Positions 1 to 7,638 of a stretch of DNA of 64,000 nt are shown here, in pieces. How positions within the stretch are numbered: the first letter of the stretch is position 1; every line of letters starts with the position of its first letter. The stretch is from Nannocystales bacterium (GTDB lineage Bacteria > Myxococcota_A > Polyangia > Nannocystales > Nannocystaceae). The notes under the pieces were generated by a model. The model did no database searches. It had not been told where the DNA came from and saw nothing but the letters and a program-made list of their open reading frames with translations. A program made the position numbers and the translations under genes. The DNA lies in the NCBI GenBank assembly GCA_050633305.1, contig JBOEGF010000027.1:95403-159402 (forward strand), given 5' to 3'.

Positions 1-749
1 AACCCGTTCTGCTTCGTACGGTGTCCTTGCAGGAGGATGCGCTCACGCAGCGCGTCGATGTCCGCGAGCTCACCAACGATGAAGGTTGGGTCGAAGTCGA
101 CGTCGGTCGCGTCCTCGATGTCACCGCCGAGCTCGTCGTAGGCGGGACGGTGCAAGACCAAGTCTGGCTCTCGGATGGTGCGTGGGCGGCTTTCGACGAC
201 GCGCTCTGGGGAGGAGCGTCGTCGGTCGACTTCGGTCGCACCGAGTGCACGCCGCGGTCCTCCGCCGGAGAACTCGCGTTCGCCGGGTGCGCGCACGCAG
301 AGGGAACGATTGAGGGCACCGCAGGGTTCGGGGGTGTCGCTCGACACTTCGCCCGCCCGGTGTCGCTCAACGACACGAACTCGATCGCGCTGCAGGTCGA
401 AGCGACGCGCCCGTTCGAGCTTTGCGTTCAGACCGACGCTGGGGGTTCGTACTGCGTGGCTCTCGAGGCCGGCTTCGGAGAGCGACAGGTGTCTACGCTC
501 GACCTCCTCGACGACCAGGACACCGCCCTGCCCCATGACGCCCGGGCGAATCTCGTGACGGTTGCCACCCATGGTGCCGGCCCGTTCGAAGTCGAGGTTT
601 CTGGACTTGCGCTGTCGCGGGAAGAACTCGCACCACGACGAACCACGGCCGAGGGCTCACGAGGTTGCACCATTCAGAGCCCGAGCCACGGGCTGTGGTC
701 TCTGCTCTTGTTCGGTCTCGCAGCTCTCCGTCGCCGCCGTCGTCGATGA
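1..749 (+). CDS. Surface protein with C-terminal MYXO-CTERM-like sorting signal (5' partial, frame open to window edge)
   Basis: Ends ...SRGCTIQSPSHGLWSLLLFGLAALRRRRRR: Gly-Cys, short hydrophobic helix, Arg cluster; no stop upstream in frame. Confidence 0.75.
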   Translation, partial: PVLLRTVSLQEDALTQRVDVRELTNDEGWVEVDVGRVLDVTAELVVGGTVQDQVWLSDGAWAAFDDALWGGASSVDFGRTECTPRSSAGELAFAGCAHAEGTIEGTAGFGGVARHFARPVSLNDTNSIALQVEATRPFELCVQTDAGGSYCVALEAGFGERQVSTLDLLDDQDTALPHDARANLVTVATHGAGPFEVEVSGLALSREELAPRRTTAEGSRGCTIQSPSHGLWSLLLFGLAALRRRRRR

Positions 750-971
750 CTCTCCCCGCCCGTCGGGAGCCGCGGTAGCATGGAAGTCCGTCTCGATCCC
801 GCCGGGTTCCTGACATCGACCCTGTAGACGGCAGGTTTCCCCGTTCCAGGGGCACGAGAACGTCGCGCCCCTCGTAGGCGGCCCCACGCGATCGACTGAA
901 CATCAATCGGCTGGGCTCGAATCCCCCCGTGCAGCGACCGCATGGCACGATGGGTCAGGGGATCGAAGAGC

Positions 972-2657
972 ATGCAGATCAGATCGCTGCTTCTAGGCGC
1001 CGCCGCGTTGTTCGCGAGCGGTTGTTACACGGGCGTCGACGTCTCGGGCACCGGCGTGCCCTCGGGCGGCTCCGACAGCTTCACCACGACCGCCGGAGGT
1101 GATGGGACCGGCGACAGCGACAGCGACGACCCCGTTCCGGATGACTACGAACCCTCGCCCGTGGCGCTTCGACGCTTGGTCGGATCGCAGTACGAGGCCT
1201 CGGTGCGACTCCTGCTCGGCGATGAAGCCGCCGAGGCGGCCAACCCACCTGCCGACGCCGCGATCAACGGATTCACGGCTGTGGGCGCGGCCCAGCTCGC
1301 CTTGGGAAGTGCGGAGATCGATCGGTACGAAGCGTCGGCCCGTGACATCGCCGCGGCGGCTCGCACCGCAAACGCTCACCAGGCGTACATGGACTGCGAA
1401 CCGATCGGGCCGGCCGACGACGCGTGCATGGGCGAGTTCGTAGCGCGCTTCGGCCGTCTCGCATTTCGACGCTCGCTCGACCCCGACGAGCTCGACCGCT
1501 ACAACGCCGTCGGGCTCACCACCGCAGGCGACTTCGACGACTTCGACGCCGGAATCGAGTCGACGCTCGCGGCCATGTTGCAGAGCCCACTGTTCCTCTA
1601 CCAAGTCGAGAGCGGCGAAGCGACGGCAGACGCGGACGGCCAACGACGCCTTCGAGGCACCGAACTCGCGACTCGGGTGTCCTTCTTCCTCACCGGAGCC
1701 ACGCCCGACGCCGCGCTCCTCGACGCAGCCGAGGCAGGAGAGCTGGACGACAACGACGGATTGAGAGCGTCCGCGTTTGCTCTGCTCGAGCGTGAAGAGG
1801 CTCGCGGAGCCTTGGGGACGTTCACCGAGGAACTGCTCAAGCTCCACGAACTCGATGGACTTCCCAAGGACGCGGTGGCCTTCCCCACCTACGACGCGGA
1901 ACTCGCAGAGGCCATGCACGAGGAGACCCGCCGGTTCATCGAGCACGTCGGGTTCGAGGGCGGCGACTTCTCCGAGATGTTCGACGCCGACTACACGTTC
2001 GTCAACGACGTGCTCGCGGCCCACTACGGCATCCCGGGAGAGTTCGGGGAGGAGTTCGTGCAAGTCACGCTTCCGCCCGATCAAAAGCGGGGCGGCATCC
2101 TCGGCCACGCCAGCGTGATGTCCGTACTCGCCCACGTCTCGAGCAGCTCCCCGACCCACCGAGGCAAATTCGTCCGCGAGACGCTCCTGTGCACCACCAT
2201 TCCGGCGCCACCGCCCGGCGTCTCGACCGACCTCCCTGTCGGTGACGGTACGGAGACCCTTCGGGAGCGGCTCGAAGTCCACATGACTGACGCCTCGTGT
2301 GCGGGCTGCCACGTGCTGATGGACCCCATCGGATTCGCACTCGAGAGCTACGACGGCGTCGGCGCGTTCCGGACACTGGACAACAGCAAACCGATCGACG
2401 ACGCCAGCGAACTCGATGGAACTCCGGTCTCGGGCGCCGCCGAAGTCGGTGCGGTGCTTCGAGAGAACGAAGCGGCGCACGCCTGCCTCGTCCGCAACCT
2501 GTACCGCCATGCCACCGGGCACATCGAGAGCGACAGCGAGCTCGACGCCCTTCGAGACGTCACCACCGCCTACATCGACAGCGGCTACGATCTGCCGACC
2601 GCGCTGGTCGAGATCGTCGGCAGCCCCGCCTTCCGCCTCGTCGGAGAGCCTCTCTAG
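972..2657 (+). CDS. DUF1592/DUF1588/DUF1585/DUF1595-type (PSD/PSCyt) lipoprotein with CxxCH motif
   Basis: Lipobox ASGC; LRRL, SPxFLY, ELATRVSFFL, RGGILG, SPTHRG, CAGCH, DPIGFALESYDGVG motifs; ATG 972. Confidence 0.85.
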   Translation: MQIRSLLLGAAALFASGCYTGVDVSGTGVPSGGSDSFTTTAGGDGTGDSDSDDPVPDDYEPSPVALRRLVGSQYEASVRLLLGDEAAEAANPPADAAINGFTAVGAAQLALGSAEIDRYEASARDIAAAARTANAHQAYMDCEPIGPADDACMGEFVARFGRLAFRRSLDPDELDRYNAVGLTTAGDFDDFDAGIESTLAAMLQSPLFLYQVESGEATADADGQRRLRGTELATRVSFFLTGATPDAALLDAAEAGELDDNDGLRASAFALLEREEARGALGTFTEELLKLHELDGLPKDAVAFPTYDAELAEAMHEETRRFIEHVGFEGGDFSEMFDADYTFVNDVLAAHYGIPGEFGEEFVQVTLPPDQKRGGILGHASVMSVLAHVSSSSPTHRGKFVRETLLCTTIPAPPPGVSTDLPVGDGTETLRERLEVHMTDASCAGCHVLMDPIGFALESYDGVGAFRTLDNSKPIDDASELDGTPVSGAAEVGAVLRENEAAHACLVRNLYRHATGHIESDSELDALRDVTTAYIDSGYDLPTALVEIVGSPAFRLVGEPL

Positions 2658-2686
2658 CTTCACCACAGCTCAAGGAGACACGACAG

Positions 2687-4063
2687 ATGAAACCGTTTCG
2701 ACTTCATCGACGCACCATGCTCCGCGGCGCTCTCGGAGGCTCCGCGGTCGCGCTCGGCCTCCCGGTCCTGGAGGCCATGCTCAACGGCAACGGCGACGCG
2801 TACGCCAACGGGTCCGACCTCCCCTGCCGGCTGGTGACGTGGTTCTTTGGCAACGGATGCGCCGTCGCCGACGTGAACAACACGGGCGCGGGGATCCGCT
2901 TTGCGCCCGGCGAGACTGGAGCGGGATTCACACCCACCCCCCAACTCCAGCCGCTGGCAGACCGCGGCGTGCTCGAGTACTGCTCGGTGCTCAGCGGCTT
3001 CGACATCGCCGCAGCGGCTCAGCACCGACGCGGGCACCACGACGGGGTCGCCGGCTTCTTCTCCGGGTACCCGTTCGTCGAGCTCCCGCCCAACGGGGCG
3101 AACTACGCCTCGAAGTTCGGTGGTCCCTCCATCGACCAGGTCGCGGCCGAGCGTCTCGCGGGACAGACGGTCATCCCCTCCGTGCAAATGGCGATCTCCA
3201 AACGCATCGTCGGCGGTGAAGGCCCCACGCTGCAGTACCTCTCCCACCAGGGCCCGGACCAACCGCTCGCGCCGTACTTCGATCCCCGCGAAGCCTGGGA
3301 CAAGCTGTTCGGCACCTTCACCGTGCCCGACGATCCGGCCAAGCCCGCCCGACTCTCCGCCCTCGATGCGGTGCGTGAGGACGTGCGGCGCCTTCAGATG
3401 CGCGTCGGCGCCAACGACCGTATGCGGCTCGAGTCCCACCTGGACGCCGTGGCGCAGCTCCGCGGGCAGATCGATGCACTTGCCCCGGTGTGCACGCTGC
3501 CTCCACAGACCGCCCAGACCAACGACGACGTCGAAGGCCAAGAGCAGATCGAGGCCGTCAACGCCGTGATGAGCGAGTTGTTGGCGATCGCATTCGCCTG
3601 CGACATCACTCGCGTCGGCAGCATCCAGTTCACGGGCTCGGTCGGCTACACCGTGTTCAACAACCTGGGCCTGACCCGAGGGCACCACGACCTCACCCAC
3701 GACGCCGCCGAGAACGAGGCGATCGACCAGGCAACCATCTTCACGATGGATCAGTTCGGGGTCCTGCTCGAAGCACTACGCAACATGCCCGAGGGCGACG
3801 GCAACGTGCTCGACAACAGCTGCATCTTGCTGGGCAGTGACGCCGCAGCCGGCCTCACGCACTCCGTCTTCGACCAACCGTGCATCGTCGCTGGCGGCGG
3901 CGGCGGCATGCTCACCCACCCCGGCGTGCACTACCGCTCCGACACCGGCGAGAACACGTCGGACATCCTCCTGTCGTGCTTGCAGACGGTCGATGCCACA
4001 GCATCCGAGGCCGGCGGCGGCATTGGGGTCTCGACCACGCCGTGCAGCGCGATCCTGACCTGA
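2687..4063 (+). CDS. DUF1552 (HXXSHH) family protein with Tat-like N-terminus
   Basis: RBS AAGGAG, ATG 2687; HRRTMLRG...LGLPVLEAM, SIDQVAA, DRMRLESHL, AFACDITRV, EGDGNVLDNS; directly follows DUF1592 gene. Confidence 0.85.
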   Translation: MKPFRLHRRTMLRGALGGSAVALGLPVLEAMLNGNGDAYANGSDLPCRLVTWFFGNGCAVADVNNTGAGIRFAPGETGAGFTPTPQLQPLADRGVLEYCSVLSGFDIAAAAQHRRGHHDGVAGFFSGYPFVELPPNGANYASKFGGPSIDQVAAERLAGQTVIPSVQMAISKRIVGGEGPTLQYLSHQGPDQPLAPYFDPREAWDKLFGTFTVPDDPAKPARLSALDAVREDVRRLQMRVGANDRMRLESHLDAVAQLRGQIDALAPVCTLPPQTAQTNDDVEGQEQIEAVNAVMSELLAIAFACDITRVGSIQFTGSVGYTVFNNLGLTRGHHDLTHDAAENEAIDQATIFTMDQFGVLLEALRNMPEGDGNVLDNSCILLGSDAAAGLTHSVFDQPCIVAGGGGGMLTHPGVHYRSDTGENTSDILLSCLQTVDATASEAGGGIGVSTTPCSAILT

Positions 4064-4109
4064 GCGGGGAAAAAGGAACGAACGGCGGCGATCGTGCGTA
4101 GTCACCACG

Positions 4110-5009
4110 GTGCGTCGACGTCGCTTCTTAATCTGGGCAAGCCAGGGTGCTGGGGCCTGCGTCGCGGGCGGAACCGCCTCTGAACCCGCTCCAACACCGT
4201 CCGCACCTCCCGCACCGCCCGCCGCCGAACTCGACCCGCTCGAGGCGGCGGCGGAGCAGCTTCGCGCGCGGAGAGCAGACGATGGATTCACAATCCTCGT
4301 CGAAGCGCCGTTCGTCGTCGCGGGGAACGAGGCCCCACAAGACGTCCAGCGCCGGGCAACGCACACCATCGGCTGGGCCACGGCGCTGCTCAAAGACGCC
4401 TACTTCGAACTCGACCCCCCGGACGCGCCGACGGTTTGGCTGTTTCGAGACGACGCGAGCTACCGCCACTGGGCCAAGCGCTTGTTCGACGACGAGCCCG
4501 ACACGCCCTACGGGTACTTCACAGCCGAACACAACGCTCTGGTGATGAACATCAGCACGGGGGGCGGCACCCTCGTGCACGAACTCGTGCACCCGTTCAT
4601 CGACACGAACTTCCCTGGGTGCCCATCGTGGTTCGATGAGGGTCTCGCGTCGCTGTACGAGCAATGCGGAGAGCGAGACGGGAAGATCGTCGGGTTCGAG
4701 AACTGGCGTCTGCCCGGCCTCCAGGCCCAACTCCGAGCCGGCACCAACCCTACGTTCGACACCCTCACTCACACCTCCCGAGACGACTTCTACGCCGATG
4801 AGACCGGAGTGCACTACGCCCAAGCCCGCTACCTGTGCTTCTACTTGCAGCACGAGGGCCTGCTTCGGCGCTTCTACCACGCCTTCCATCAGGCCTCCGC
4901 TTCGGACCCCTCCGGCTACGAGACACTGAAGTCGGTGCTTGGCACGGACGACATGGAAGCCTTCGAGGCGACCTGGAAAGGCTTCGTACTGTCCTTAGAA
5001 CAAAGCTGA
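4110..5009 (+). CDS. Putative secreted zincin-like metallopeptidase (DUF1570/peptidase MA-like)
   Basis: HELVH (HExxH) followed by PSWFDEGLASLYE and Y-AQARYLC; RRRRF N-terminus. Confidence 0.6.
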   Translation: MRRRRFLIWASQGAGACVAGGTASEPAPTPSAPPAPPAAELDPLEAAAEQLRARRADDGFTILVEAPFVVAGNEAPQDVQRRATHTIGWATALLKDAYFELDPPDAPTVWLFRDDASYRHWAKRLFDDEPDTPYGYFTAEHNALVMNISTGGGTLVHELVHPFIDTNFPGCPSWFDEGLASLYEQCGERDGKIVGFENWRLPGLQAQLRAGTNPTFDTLTHTSRDDFYADETGVHYAQARYLCFYLQHEGLLRRFYHAFHQASASDPSGYETLKSVLGTDDMEAFEATWKGFVLSLEQS

Positions 5010-5063
5010 GTGTTCTCGTCATCCCGCTTGCCCGTGGCGCCCCCGCGCCCGGATACTCGTGTC

Positions 5064-5504
5064 GTGTCCCGTGTCCTGAGCATCGCACTCCTCGGCGTAT
5101 GCAGCGCGTGCCAGCTCTGCGACGAGAACGCCGACTGCGAAGGCGGGCGCTTCAACGTGTGGGTCGCGACGTCGGATAACGCCCCACTGCCCGAAGGCAG
5201 TTTTGCGCTCACCGTCACCCCCGATGTCGGAGCCGTGCTTCACGGCGAGTGTATGGTGAGCAGCCAAGGAACCCGCGCAGAGTGTTCCGGAGACGCCGTC
5301 GCCGGCTCCGTGAACCGACGCGATGTTTTCACGTTCCTGCGAATCTCCCAAGACCCGACCTTCGCCACGCTCGTCGGCGTGGGCCTCACCCACAATGGCG
5401 TCGTCGTGGACGAACGCGAAGATGAAACTCTGGACTTCTACCGCGGGGACTCCTGCGACAACGACTGCGGCGTCGCCGACGTCCAGCTCCAACCGCTGCC
5501 ATGA
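5064..5504 (+). CDS. Hypothetical Cys-patterned lipoprotein (paralog of 6194..6613)
   Basis: GTG 5064 (start uncertain, ORF open from 5010); signal peptide and CSAC lipobox; Cys spacing aligns with the 6194 protein. Confidence 0.65.
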   Translation: MSRVLSIALLGVCSACQLCDENADCEGGRFNVWVATSDNAPLPEGSFALTVTPDVGAVLHGECMVSSQGTRAECSGDAVAGSVNRRDVFTFLRISQDPTFATLVGVGLTHNGVVVDEREDETLDFYRGDSCDNDCGVADVQLQPLP

Positions 5505-5524
5505 CCGCCCTCGAGCGGTCTCGG

Positions 5525-5607
5525 TCCGTGGAGCAGGACTCGAACCTGCACGCGCCGAAGCGCCGTGGTTTTACAGACCACTACCCTGCCAATCGGGTAT
5601 CCCACGG
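5525..5607 (-). tRNA. tRNA-Tyr(GTA), atypical: C1-G72, A8, long variable arm
   Basis: Reverse complement folds CCGTGGG/TCCACGG acceptor, ACCC/GGGT D stem, GTGGT-CTGTAAA-ACCAC anticodon arm, GCGC-TTCG-GCGC variable arm, GCAGG-TTCGAGT-CCTGC T arm, discriminator A. Confidence 0.85.
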
Positions 5608-5612
5608 GTGTG

Positions 5613-5694
5613 CGGAGGGTGAGGGAGTCGAACCCCCAGGCCGTTTTGGCCCACCGCTTTCAAGGCGGCTTGGCGTGCCCATGCCGAACCCTCC
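5613..5694 (-). tRNA. tRNA-Ser(TGA), atypical D arm
   Basis: GGAGGGT/ACCCTCC acceptor, GCCGC-CTTGAAA-GCGGT anticodon arm, GGCC-AAAAC-GGCC variable arm, GGGGG-TTCGACT-CCCTC T arm, discriminator G. Confidence 0.75.
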
Positions 5695-5696
5695 AT

Positions 5697-5781
5697 CGGA
5701 AGATGAGGGAGTCGAACCCCCGCTGATTTTCACCAGACCGACGCTTTCCAAGCGAGTGCCTTACCGCTCGGCCAATCTTCC
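5697..5781 (-). tRNA. tRNA-Ser(GGA)
   Basis: GGAAGAT/ATCTTCC acceptor, GCCGAGCGGTAAGGC D arm, loop TTGGAAA, CTGGT-GAAA-ATCAG variable arm, T arm, discriminator G; top two anticodon-stem pairs mismatched. Confidence 0.8.
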
Positions 5782-5795
5782 AGTTGCTCACAAAG

Positions 5796-5880
5796 CGGAG
5801 GGGGCGGGATTCGAACCCGCGCTAACGATCGCTAGACCTCGGCGTAGCAGGCCGGCACCTTTCCACTCGGTCACCCCTCC
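5796..5880 (-). tRNA. tRNA-Ser(GCT)
   Basis: GGAGGGG/CCCCTCC acceptor, ACCGAGTGGAAAGGT D arm, loop CTGCTAC, CTAGC-GATC-GTTAG variable arm, GCGGG-TTCGAAT-CCCGC T arm, discriminator G. Confidence 0.85.
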
Positions 5881-5983
5881 AGGTTGTCTCCGCACCCAGA
5901 CAGACGCGGCTGCCAGCTGGGCGTCACGCTGAGCCACAGCGACACGACACGGCACGGCACGGGGGCAGCACGACTGCGATGCG

Positions 5984-6094
5984 CTATCGAGAGGCTCGAC
6001 TGCCCACCGCAGACGCGGAATACGACGGACTCGACTGCACATCGGCGATCGGGGTCGGGAGTCGTACGGCGTTGCGTTGCGCAGGAGCGTTCAT
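5984..6094 (-). CDS. Putative 36-aa Ser-rich leader peptide of the tRNA array (not in ORF track)
   Basis: ATG 6094 to TAG 5984: MNAPAQRNAVRLPTPIADVQSSPSYSASAVGSRASR; lies between candidate promoter and first tRNA. Confidence 0.4.
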   Translation of the reverse strand: MNAPAQRNAVRLPTPIADVQSSPSYSASAVGSRASR

Positions 6095-6106
6095 CGGTTC
6101 CGCGTC

Positions 6107-6134
6107 AACCTAGCGCCCGGAGGAGGACCGTCAA
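6107..6134 (-). promoter_or_regulatory. Candidate sigma70-type promoter for the leader/tRNA array
   Basis: TTGACG (6134-6129)-N16-TAGGTT (6112-6107) followed by GC-rich GACGCGG, resembling stable-RNA promoters. Confidence 0.5.
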
Positions 6135-6193
6135 GGCGAAATTGGAACCCGTACTCGCTTGCGGACCCCGACCCGGCGATCGAGACTCGGAGA

Positions 6194-6613
6194 ATGCTCC
6201 GAGCCGTGCTCTTGCTGGCCCTCGCCTGCTGTGGGGTCGGATGCCGCCCATGCAACGAGCGCTGCGTCGGCGGAATGCGGATTTCGCTGGAGGCCGACCC
6301 GGTGCTCTCGGATGGCCGGTACGACGTGGTCGTCACACTGGACGGCGGCACGGCTCTCGAAGCGAGCTGTACCATCGCGGAGCGGGGCACCGTCGCGACC
6401 TGCGAGGGCAGTCTCCACGCTCTCGGGGAAGACGGTTCGCAGGACCTCAACGTCCTGCGACTCTCAGAGCCCGCTTCGGGGGCCGAACACGTCGAGGTGG
6501 AGGTGTACTGGAACGACACCCTCCGCATCGACGCGGATGTCCAACTCGATCAGGAACCGAGCGAGTCCTGCAACCCGCACTGTGCCTGGGCGAGCGCAAC
6601 CCTCCCCTTGTAG
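6194..6613 (+). CDS. Hypothetical Cys-patterned lipoprotein (paralog of 5064..5504)
   Basis: RBS GGAGA, ATG 6194; signal peptide with GVGC lipobox; aligned Cys pattern. Confidence 0.7.
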   Translation: MLRAVLLLALACCGVGCRPCNERCVGGMRISLEADPVLSDGRYDVVVTLDGGTALEASCTIAERGTVATCEGSLHALGEDGSQDLNVLRLSEPASGAEHVEVEVYWNDTLRIDADVQLDQEPSESCNPHCAWASATLPL

Positions 6614-6624
6614 TTCGGTCGACG

Positions 6625-7617
6625 CTACTGCGCCGCCAGCCCGCTCGACGGCACGGGGACCTCCGTGAGCCTCACAACCGCCTCGAACCCCGCCTCCTGC
6701 AGAGGAACGTCACCGAACTGCTCGAAGCTGTCCTGCAACCCCATGGGTCCGACGAGCTTCTTCGGGTGCGCGGTCGCGTAGAACAGCCCGTTGGTGTCGT
6801 CGTCGAACTCGAGCGCGTCGACATACCGTCTCGCGGCGACCTCCAGCGACCCGGCCATGCCCACCATGGGGCCCAGAGTCTTCATGAACGCATTCAGCAT
6901 CTTCATACCGAACCCCGCGCTGCGAGCGAAGTTGCTGCTCGGAGCCGAACCTGGGGACACTGCGTTGACCGTCATACCGCCGGGCAACCGTCGCCCCAAG
7001 GCTGCAGCCCACCATGCGACAACGAGCTTCGCCGTGACGTACTCCTGCATGTTGGCGAAGCCTTCCTGAGCTTCGGTCTTCGCCAAGGCCACGATCGCAG
7101 CGGTGGAGTCACCATCGAACTGGTCGCGCGCGACGGCGGCAACATCGTGCAGCGGCGTCCCGGGTATCGTTCCGCGAGCCCCTTCGGACCCAGCAATGAC
7201 AATCCGGGCATGGGAGGACAGGAAGCCGGCCTCCCACAGGCGCATCGTCAACACATGGTGCCCGACCAGCGTCGAGGCCCAGGTGATTTCGACGCCGTCC
7301 GAGTTGTACTGCGGCTGCGAACTCGATGCGCCGGCGTTGAGGACGAGTCCATCGATGGGCGTGCCACGTTCGATCAGCTCGTCCGCTGCAGCGCGGGCAG
7401 TCTCCCTCTCAGAGGTGTCGACGGCCAACGTCGCAAAGACATCCTTGCCGACGCGCTCCCGTAGCGCGGCCCGGGCCGCCTCCGCCTTTTCGACGCTGCG
7501 GCACGCCAGGATGACGGTGCCCCAACCGGCCTCGGCAAGCTGCGCTGCGGCTTCAAATCCGACACCAGAGTTCGCGCCCGTGACGAGCACTGTGTTGTTC
7601 TTTCGAGTCTGAGTCAT
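6625..7617 (-). CDS. Short-chain dehydrogenase/reductase (retinol dehydrogenase-like)
   Basis: TGANSGVG, LNAG, YVTAK (YxxxK), NAVSPG. Confidence 0.9.
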   Translation of the reverse strand: MTQTRKNNTVLVTGANSGVGFEAAAQLAEAGWGTVILACRSVEKAEAARAALRERVGKDVFATLAVDTSERETARAAADELIERGTPIDGLVLNAGASSSQPQYNSDGVEITWASTLVGHHVLTMRLWEAGFLSSHARIVIAGSEGARGTIPGTPLHDVAAVARDQFDGDSTAAIVALAKTEAQEGFANMQEYVTAKLVVAWWAAALGRRLPGGMTVNAVSPGSAPSSNFARSAGFGMKMLNAFMKTLGPMVGMAGSLEVAARRYVDALEFDDDTNGLFYATAHPKKLVGPMGLQDSFEQFGDVPLQEAGFEAVVRLTEVPVPSSGLAAQ

Positions 7618-7638
7618 CGTTCGTTCCTCGGTTTGCCG

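Noticed and set aside
5613..5694. tRNA-Sec or opal suppressor
   Set aside because: Loop is CTTGAAA, so the anticodon is TGA (Ser), not TCA; acceptor/T stems are 7/5, not the 8/5 of bacterial tRNA-Sec; no sel genes in the window
5525..5880. Missing CCA ends as evidence of pseudogenes
   Set aside because: The canonical tRNA-Glu at 55269 also lacks an encoded CCA, so this is normal here
5501..5932. 143-aa plus-strand ORF with repeated EGEGVEP-like motifs
   Set aside because: It is the antisense reading of the tRNA T arms
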